NCBI GenBank assembly: GCA_965224025.1
Contig: OZ245033.1
Coordinates: forward strand, 2,816,001-2,880,000
Source: Candidatus Multivorans sp.
GTDB taxonomy: Bacteria; Acidobacteriota; Thermoanaerobaculia; Multivoradales; Multivoraceae
Length of the DNA: 64,000 nt
Reading direction: 5' to 3'
Below the pieces are notes generated by a model that saw nothing but the letters and a program-made list of their open reading frames with translations, had not been told where the DNA came from and ran no database searches. This document shows positions 57,490 to 64,000 of this stretch, in pieces (the first letter of the stretch is position 1; the number at the start of each line of letters is the position of its first letter). The translations under genes and the position numbers were made by a program.

Positions 57490-59322
57490 GTGATGCGGAA
57501 AGCGACTGTCGTTCGGTCCACCGGAGCGCTGAAGCTCCTTCTCTGCCTGGCTCTGCTGGCGGCTGCGTGGTCCGCGCCGACCCTTGCCGCCGAAGGCGAC
57601 TGGTCGCAGTGGCGGGGGCCCGCCAGGGACGGATACGCGCCCGTGGCCGGCAACGAGAGGCTCGCCGCGGCGCTTCACGGTCCGCTGCCGGCCTCCCTGC
57701 ACCAGGTCTGGAAGCTGGAGGTCGGCCTCGGGCAGTCGGCGCCGATCCTCCACCAGGGCAAGCTCTACATTCACGTTCGGCAGGGTGAAGACGAAGTCGT
57801 GCTGGCGCTCGACCCGGAGACGGGCGAGGAGATCTGGCGCTACGCGTACCCGGTTCCCTACGTGGAGGTGAATCACGCTTCGGCGTGGGGCCCCGGCCCC
57901 AAGTCGACCCTGACCGCCGTCGGGGACACGCTCTACACCTTCGGCGTCACCGAGAGGCTGCACGCCATCGACACGGAGCAGGGCGACGTGCGTTGGGACA
58001 AGAACTACGACGACATCTACAAGCAGCCGTACCCCGAGTGCGGCACCAGCGCCTCGCCCCTGGTCGAGGGCGATCTGGTCATCGTGCCGGTCGGGCAGAC
58101 CTGGCCGGATCCGTCGCTCAAGAGCCTGGGAGAGCTGGTGGCCTACAGCCGGCACACCGGCGAAGAGGTATGGCGCAGCGAGTACTTTCCGCCGGGCTAC
58201 GCCTCGCCGATGGCGTTCACGATCGAGGGGGTCCGGCAGATCGTCACCACGACCCAGAACCACGTGGTCGGGATTTGCGCCAGCGACGGCAAGACGCTGT
58301 GGAAGAAGGAAATGCGGATTTTCATGGAGCAGAACATCCCGACCCCGGTCCTGTACGACGGCAAGGTCTTGATCGGTGGCTACCACTGGGGGAATGCGCT
58401 GCTCGATTTCGAGCCGAGCGGCAGTGACGAGCTCTGGGACGTCAACAGCGTCTGGGCGACGAAGCGGCACGAGCTGTACATGGACTCGCCGGTGCTGATC
58501 GGGGACTACGTCTACTTTCGTTCGCACAAGAGGCTCGGAACGATGGTCTGCGTCGACATCCGGACCGGCGAGCAGTGCTGGCGGGGTCCGCCTCAGGCGG
58601 CGCGGTACGCGGCCTTCGTCGTCGTCGGCGAGGACCGGCTCCTGGTGCTCACGGACAACGGTGACATCAAGGTGCTCGCGGCGGATCCCTCCGAATACCA
58701 GGAGCTCGCCTCATGGGAGGTCGCCGACACGCCCGTCTTCACCCATCTGACGGTCGCCGGGTCGCGGATGTACGTCAAGGACGAGGCGCATCTCGCGGTG
58801 TTCGAGATCGCGGCGGACCAGATCACGGAGGCTTCGGACAGCCCGGCAGGCGCGGTCGTCGCGGCCGCGTGGACGCCGACGCCGGAAGACGAGGCGGCGG
58901 CGCTCGAGGTCGTCAACAGGTTGCTCGACACGCAGAAGGAAGCCACGAGCTGGGAGCAGGTCGAGGAGCACCTGAGCTACTGGGCCGAGGACTTCAGCGA
59001 CTACTCCGGCCAGACGAAGGCGGACTGGACCGCGATGTACCGGAACATCTTCAACGCGGCCGGCAGGATCGGACCTCCGATGGGCTACGACACGCAGTCG
59101 ATGTATCTTGAGGGGTGGGTCGACGATACGGCGATCGTCCGCGGCATCTTCATCGACTTCCGGCCGCGCCGGCAGGCGATCATGGAGCAGTTCTACGCCG
59201 TCAAGAAGTACGGTGACCGCTGGCTGTTCACCGGTACGGACAACCGGCCAATCTGGGAGCGATGGGTCGAGGACGGGGAGTACAAGAGCACCGCCTTCGG
59301 GGAGGAGACGGAGGATCAGTAG
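57490..59322 (+). CDS. Secreted PQQ-like beta-propeller protein with C-terminal NTF2/SnoaL-like domain
   Basis: DWSQWRGPARDG, repeated D..TG...W blades, YASP. The C-terminal domain (HLSYWAEDF...W...Y...VKKYGDRWLF) resembles NTF2-like folds (tentative). Confidence 0.8.
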   Translation: MMRKATVVRSTGALKLLLCLALLAAAWSAPTLAAEGDWSQWRGPARDGYAPVAGNERLAAALHGPLPASLHQVWKLEVGLGQSAPILHQGKLYIHVRQGEDEVVLALDPETGEEIWRYAYPVPYVEVNHASAWGPGPKSTLTAVGDTLYTFGVTERLHAIDTEQGDVRWDKNYDDIYKQPYPECGTSASPLVEGDLVIVPVGQTWPDPSLKSLGELVAYSRHTGEEVWRSEYFPPGYASPMAFTIEGVRQIVTTTQNHVVGICASDGKTLWKKEMRIFMEQNIPTPVLYDGKVLIGGYHWGNALLDFEPSGSDELWDVNSVWATKRHELYMDSPVLIGDYVYFRSHKRLGTMVCVDIRTGEQCWRGPPQAARYAAFVVVGEDRLLVLTDNGDIKVLAADPSEYQELASWEVADTPVFTHLTVAGSRMYVKDEAHLAVFEIAADQITEASDSPAGAVVAAAWTPTPEDEAAALEVVNRLLDTQKEATSWEQVEEHLSYWAEDFSDYSGQTKADWTAMYRNIFNAAGRIGPPMGYDTQSMYLEGWVDDTAIVRGIFIDFRPRRQAIMEQFYAVKKYGDRWLFTGTDNRPIWERWVEDGEYKSTAFGEETEDQ

Positions 59323-59467
59323 GATCCTTGATCTCCAGGGCAGAGTTCCGGCGCCGCCGCGAGGTTCGGTCGGCGCGACGACAAAGGTCCAGGACCTACG
59401 ATAGACAGGGGAGCGCAGGCTCCGTCAACCAGGCGCCGGTCTCAAGCCGGCCGTTCGGGAGTTCACG

Positions 59468-61465
59468 ATGCTGAGACTTGCTTCCCGCCTTCTCGTCTGC
59501 GCCGCCGTGCTTGGGGTTCTGCCTCTCCAGGCGGCGGACCATCCACTGGATCCGCTGAGCTACCAGGAGGTCTGGCGCGTCCTGGAGATACTGAGGGACG
59601 AGGGCCGTCTGGACGGGGAAACCCGTTTCTCTCAACTGACGCTGCAGGAACCGGCCAAGGACGAAGTCCTGGCGTGGCGCCCGGGCGCCGACATGCCGCG
59701 AGCTGCCTACGCGGTCGTGCGCCAGGGCGCGGAGGCCTTCGAAGCGGTCGTCGACCTGGCTGCCGGGGGAGTCGCGTCCTGGTCGCTTCTCGAGGGCGTG
59801 CAACCCAGTTGGACCCTTGAAGAGTACGGAGCGCTGATCGGGGAGGCCCTCGCCCATCCCGACTTCGTCGCCGGTCTCGAGGCCCGTGGCATTGCCGATG
59901 CGAGCTTCCTCGACTGCATGACGCTGCCGCCCGGATACTTCGGCACCGCAGAAGAGAAGGGGCGGCGACTCGGTCACATCCGCTGCTCGGAACCTCGCGG
60001 CGCCCGCAACAGTTGGGCCCGGCAGGTCGAGGGCCTGACCGCCGTGGTCGATCTCGGCACCGGCGAGGTGCTGAAGGTCGTCGACGACGGCGTCGCCCCC
60101 ATTCCAACCGCCGACGCGGACTTCGACCGGACGACGCTCGACGAGCCGCGCGAGGTTCCAGGACCGTTCGATGTGCGGCGTCCGCTCGGGTCCGGGTTCG
60201 AGCTGGACGGCTACCAGGTGCGCTGGCAGACGTGGCGCTTCCACCTGCGGCCCGATCAGCGCACGGGCGCGGTGCTTTCCCTGGTCAGCTATCAACAGGA
60301 TCCCAATGAAGCCTCCCGGTCGGTGATGTACCAGGGCCAACTGTCCGAGATCTACGTTCCCTACATGGACCCGTCGTTCGCCTGGTACGGGCGCAACTTC
60401 ATCGATGCCGGCGAGTTCGTTGCCGGCGGCCTGGGCAAGCCGCTGCTTCCGGGTCGTGACTGCCCGGACCACGCGGTCTACATCGACTCGCTGCGAACTG
60501 GCCCCAACGGTCATCCGGCGACCGTGCCGGGGACGATCTGCATCTACGAGCGGGAGACCGGCGATCCGTCCTGGCGGCACTATGCGGATGAGCAGCCGGA
60601 CAGCCGCCGGAGCCGCGACCTGGTCGTGCGCACTGGAGCGGTGCTCGGCAACTACGACTACCTGCTCGACTGGATCTTTCGGCAGGACGGTTCGATCGAG
60701 GCCAGAGTCGGCGCCACCGGCATTCTCGAAGCCAAGGCGACCAGTGCAGCGTCCGCGATCCAGCCTGCGCCGACGGCGGGGCCGGTCAGCACGGCCGCCG
60801 TCGATGCCCTTCAGGCCGGAAGGCGGGCCGACGCCTACGGCCGTTTCGTCGATCGCAACATCGTGGGCGTCAACCACGACCACTACTTCAGCTACCGCCT
60901 GGATCTGGATGTTGACGGCACCGATAACCGCTTCGTCGCCGACCGCCTGGTCACGCAGCGGCTTCCCGACGACCACCCGCGGCGGAGCGTGTGGGTCCAG
61001 GAAGCGCACCCGGCGGCGACCGAGCACGACGCCCGGCTCGACATCAACCTCGAGCGGCCCACCCTGTGGCGTGTGCAGAGCACGAACCGGCGCAACGCCG
61101 TCGGCTATCCGACCAGTTACCATCTGCTGCCCGGCAGGAACACGACGAACCTGCTCGTGCCGGAGGACTACTCGACGCGGCGGGCCGGCTTCATCGAGCA
61201 TCACCTGTGGGTGACGCCGTACCGGCCGGACGAACGCTACGCCGCGGGCGATCATCCCAGCTTGAGCGAGCCGGACATGGGTCTGCCCACCTGGACGAAG
61301 GCTGACCGGCCGATCAGCGATACGGACATCGTGGTCTGGCACACCGTGGGCATGCACCATCTGCCCCGCGCCGAGGACTGGCCGGTGATGCCGGTCATGT
61401 GGCACGGCTTCGAGTTGCGTCCGTTCGACTTCTTTGATCGCAACCCGGCTCTCGATCTGCCCTGA
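59468..61465 (+). CDS. tynA: Copper-containing (TPQ) amine oxidase, secreted
   Basis: HPLDPLS N-terminus, catalytic Asp (FIDAGEF), NYDY topaquinone consensus, NHDH and HLPRAEDWPVMP copper ligands. Confidence 0.92.
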   Translation: MLRLASRLLVCAAVLGVLPLQAADHPLDPLSYQEVWRVLEILRDEGRLDGETRFSQLTLQEPAKDEVLAWRPGADMPRAAYAVVRQGAEAFEAVVDLAAGGVASWSLLEGVQPSWTLEEYGALIGEALAHPDFVAGLEARGIADASFLDCMTLPPGYFGTAEEKGRRLGHIRCSEPRGARNSWARQVEGLTAVVDLGTGEVLKVVDDGVAPIPTADADFDRTTLDEPREVPGPFDVRRPLGSGFELDGYQVRWQTWRFHLRPDQRTGAVLSLVSYQQDPNEASRSVMYQGQLSEIYVPYMDPSFAWYGRNFIDAGEFVAGGLGKPLLPGRDCPDHAVYIDSLRTGPNGHPATVPGTICIYERETGDPSWRHYADEQPDSRRSRDLVVRTGAVLGNYDYLLDWIFRQDGSIEARVGATGILEAKATSAASAIQPAPTAGPVSTAAVDALQAGRRADAYGRFVDRNIVGVNHDHYFSYRLDLDVDGTDNRFVADRLVTQRLPDDHPRRSVWVQEAHPAATEHDARLDINLERPTLWRVQSTNRRNAVGYPTSYHLLPGRNTTNLLVPEDYSTRRAGFIEHHLWVTPYRPDERYAAGDHPSLSEPDMGLPTWTKADRPISDTDIVVWHTVGMHHLPRAEDWPVMPVMWHGFELRPFDFFDRNPALDLP

Positions 61466-61564
61466 CTTCGGCCGGCGGAGCGCCGTTCCTCAATACACGT
61501 CCGGGCTGGTAGTGTCGGCGGCATCGTTCCCGGCCTCGGTCGCCTTCCGAGAGGTCACGCCGCC

Positions 61565-62185
61565 ATGTCGATTCCCCCCGAACTCCAGTCCCGCATCCAG
61601 GGGATCGTGGATTCAGGCCCTGCCGTTCTCTTCATGAAGGGCAGTCCCGCCGCGCCTCAGTGCGGTTTCTCGGCCCAGGTCGTCCAGGTGCTGAACCGGC
61701 TGCTTCCCCGGTACCAGACGTTCGACGTGCTGTCGGACTCCGAGGTTCGCGAAGGCGTCAAGGAGTTCTCCGACTGGCCGACGATCCCCCAGCTCTACGT
61801 CGGCGGCGAGTTCATGGGTGGCTGCGACATCGTCAAGGAGATGTACGACAGCGGCGAGCTCCACGATGCGCTGGGCATGGAGCGACCCGCGTTGACTGGC
61901 GACCAGGTAGCGATCTCGATCAGCCCGGAGGCGGAGCAGATCCTCCGCAACGCCCAACAGCAACAGCAGGCGGAGCTGCACTTCGGTATCGACGCGAAGT
62001 TCCATCCCTTCCTCGGCTTCGGGCCGGCGGCGGGATCGGAGGTCCGGGTTCAGGTCGGCGATCTGTACTTTCTGCTCGATCAGGACAGTGCTGTTCGGGC
62101 CCGGGGCGCGTCGATCACCGTCGTCGAGAGTGAGCATGGCCAGCGCCTCGACGTCGACATGCCGACTGCCCGAGCCGCCGGCTGA
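61565..62185 (+). CDS. grxD: Monothiol glutaredoxin Grx4 fused to a Cys-less HesB/A-type-carrier-like domain
   Basis: LFMKG...PQCGFS, WPTIPQLY, GGCDI, plus about 90 aa of C-terminal extension. Confidence 0.9.
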   Translation: MSIPPELQSRIQGIVDSGPAVLFMKGSPAAPQCGFSAQVVQVLNRLLPRYQTFDVLSDSEVREGVKEFSDWPTIPQLYVGGEFMGGCDIVKEMYDSGELHDALGMERPALTGDQVAISISPEAEQILRNAQQQQQAELHFGIDAKFHPFLGFGPAAGSEVRVQVGDLYFLLDQDSAVRARGASITVVESEHGQRLDVDMPTARAAG

Positions 62186-62217
62186 TCGATCGGCGCCGGG
62201 TCGGAACGGTTCGTGGA

Positions 62218-62496
62218 ATGGAGATCGCTGAACAGCCGTCGCCGCGGGAGACGGCCGAGCGCATTCGGGAGGCCGTGGCCGCGGCGCTGCCGGGCGCCCG
62301 CATCGAGGTGACGGGCGAGGGCAGTCACTTCAGCCTGCGCGTGGAGTCCACAGCGTTCGCCGGTAAGGGCCGGCTGGCCCGTCAACGGCTCGTCCTGCGG
62401 GCTGTCGCGCCCCTGATGAAGGGCGAAGGCGCGCCGGTTCATGCGATCGACCGGCTGGAAACGGTGCTGCCGGACCAGAGCCGTCCGATAGCGTAG
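62218..62496 (+). CDS. bolA: BolA/IbaG family protein
   Basis: GEGSHFSLRVESTAFAGK.RLARQRLV, VHAI. Adjacent to grxD. Confidence 0.85.
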   Translation: MEIAEQPSPRETAERIREAVAAALPGARIEVTGEGSHFSLRVESTAFAGKGRLARQRLVLRAVAPLMKGEGAPVHAIDRLETVLPDQSRPIA

Positions 62497-63990
62497 TCCC
62501 ATTCAAAGATGAGCCTGAACGGCGGTTCATCGGGAGTGGAGCCGCGGGAGGGCTTCGGGGCGGTTTTCTGGTTGCTGATCGGAGCAAAGCGGAGATCGGC
62601 GCCAGGGACCAACGGTAGCGCGGGGACCGCGAGGCCGCGGCCAGGTGTACGGAGAGTGGTGGAGAGGTTGGTCGGACCGCTCATGCGACGGTTGCATCGC
62701 GGCGTCGGATTTCGGTGAAGAGCGCGACGAGCGCTTCGTTGACGGTTCTCGCCGCAGCGAGGTCGTCGAGCGCAGTGGCCTCCTGGTCGAGCTGCTCGAA
62801 GGTTATGCCGGGCCGCAGGTACTGGGCGGCGCCGTCGAGCGACTTCAGCTTGAGGTAGGGCGTGGTGACGCGGTCGAAGGGGTAGGTCTTTCGCTCGCGT
62901 CCCTTGGCGTCTGTCGTCTCGACGGGGAAGTGGCAGGGCCGGTCGTAGTTGAGGAACGGGGCGAGCACGTCGCGCAGGAAGCCGTTGACGAGGGCGGCAT
63001 GATGCCGGGGAATGTGGTCGTGGCCGAGATAGCGCCGAACCACCGAGGCATTCTTTGACTTGACCAAGGCGTTGTCGTTGCAGTGCCTCGCGCGGGACTT
63101 CGTGAGTTCCTCGACGTGCAGCTTGTTCAGCAGCGCGGCGACCCGGTGGTTGACGTACTTGGAGCCGTTGTCGACATGGAAGCCCTTGACGACGAAGGGG
63201 AAAGCCTCGATCGACCCTTGAAGGGCCGGGACCATGAAACGCTCCGAAATGCCTTCCGCCGCGGCCACGAACTCGTATTGCGTGACCTCGTCCACGAGAT
63301 TGATCTCGTACAGACCCTTCGCCCCGAAGAGGTCGCCCTGATGCACCGAATCCACGCGCAGAAAGCCCGGCCGACCGTCGGGACGAGGCTTGCGCCGCTC
63401 TCCGATGCTCACCTGCGCCGGCCGGGCCTTGGTCATCGTCAGACGACGGCGACGGTACGTCACGGACTGGCGCAGGCGATACAGATGGCTGTTCGAGAGC
63501 CCCGCCAGACGCTCGAACCGCGCATCGCGAAGACCTCGTACTGGCGCTGCATCATGCGCCGCGTGACCGCGCCACACAGGCCGCCCAGGGTCTCGTCCAC
63601 CTCCGCCAGCAGACCGATGTCCGCCCTCGTGTAGCGCCGGGGAAACGGGCGCTTCGGACCCCGGCGCCGGTCCTCGATGCGTCCCGTCTCCCGGTACTGA
63701 GAAATCAACCGCGCCACCTGAGCCCGACTGAATCCCGTCACCTTCATCAGAAACCGCCGCATCAGGCCCTTCTCGGACCTCGACAGCCGGATGTACCGCG
63801 AACGCACCAGGAACCGCCGGACGAAACCGTACGCGTCGGCGCGCTCCATGGAACGAAAGTCGACCGGCGCGCTGCCGGCCATGAAGTCCCGGACCTCGTC
63901 CAGCGTCCGCAGCCGTTCGATATCGAGTTGCAAGATCATTCTCCAATGATCCCCAACCCTCGCTCAGGCTCATCTCTCGTGGGATTGACA
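62491..63990 (-). mobile_element. IS481/ISNCY-like insertion sequence with imperfect terminal inverted repeats
   Basis: The right end reads TGTCAATCCCACGAGAGATGAGCCTGA on the minus strand. The left end has TCCCATTCAAAGATGAGCCTGA (62497-62518). The exact left boundary is uncertain. Confidence 0.7.
62681..63939 (-). pseudogene. DDE integrase-core transposase, frameshifted near 63528, with probable catalytic Glu->Lys change
   Basis: HTH part 63939-63529 joins DARFERLAGLSNSHLY...RVDSVHQGD...VDEVTQ...HVDNGSKY...NDNALVKSKN. Confidence 0.8.
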
Positions 63991-64000
63991 TCGTCCCTTC

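Noticed and set aside
63520-63535. Programmed -1 ribosomal frameshift in the transposase
   Set aside because: There is no slippery heptamer, and one missing G restores a continuous FGDARF reading.
62481-63996. Target-site duplication CCGTCC / TCGTCC around the IS481-like element
   Set aside because: The match is imperfect and the left copy is offset from the inferred inverted repeat, so it cannot be supported.

Overview
High-GC bacterial window, about 45 genes. The gene content (TonB-dependent receptors with a carboxypeptidase-regulatory-like N-terminus, several sulfatases, PQQ-type beta-propellers, DUF3604/DUF5916 proteins) suggests a heterotrophic diderm such as an Acidobacteria-like organism; this is inference only. 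In order, it holds: the 5' part of a SNF2 helicase, an acyl-CoA dehydrogenase pair, an M24 peptidase, TonB receptor/sulfatase loci, a vapBC module, a tandem TlpA protein, amidohydrolases, nth, an S1-domain/DUF1820/OmpH cluster, hsp20, a sirtuin, MoxR-vWA, a xylose cluster (Gfo/Idh/MocA, epimerase, xylA, xylB), a copper amine oxidase, grxD-bolA and a degenerate IS481-like element. The standout is an IS110 element (38657-40368) inserted between xylA and xylB. Its 400-nt left end folds into a two-loop bridge RNA. One loop's guides match the REP-like target site, rebuilt by joining the flanks at a CC core. The other loop's guides match the element's own right-end/left-end junction, which also rebuilds a TTGCTA-17-TACCTT promoter on circularisation. 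An empty copy of the target REP lies 1.7 kb away. Four genes are split by single-base indels at short G/C runs, which may be assembly errors. Family assignments come from motif recognition by eye; no database searches were run.
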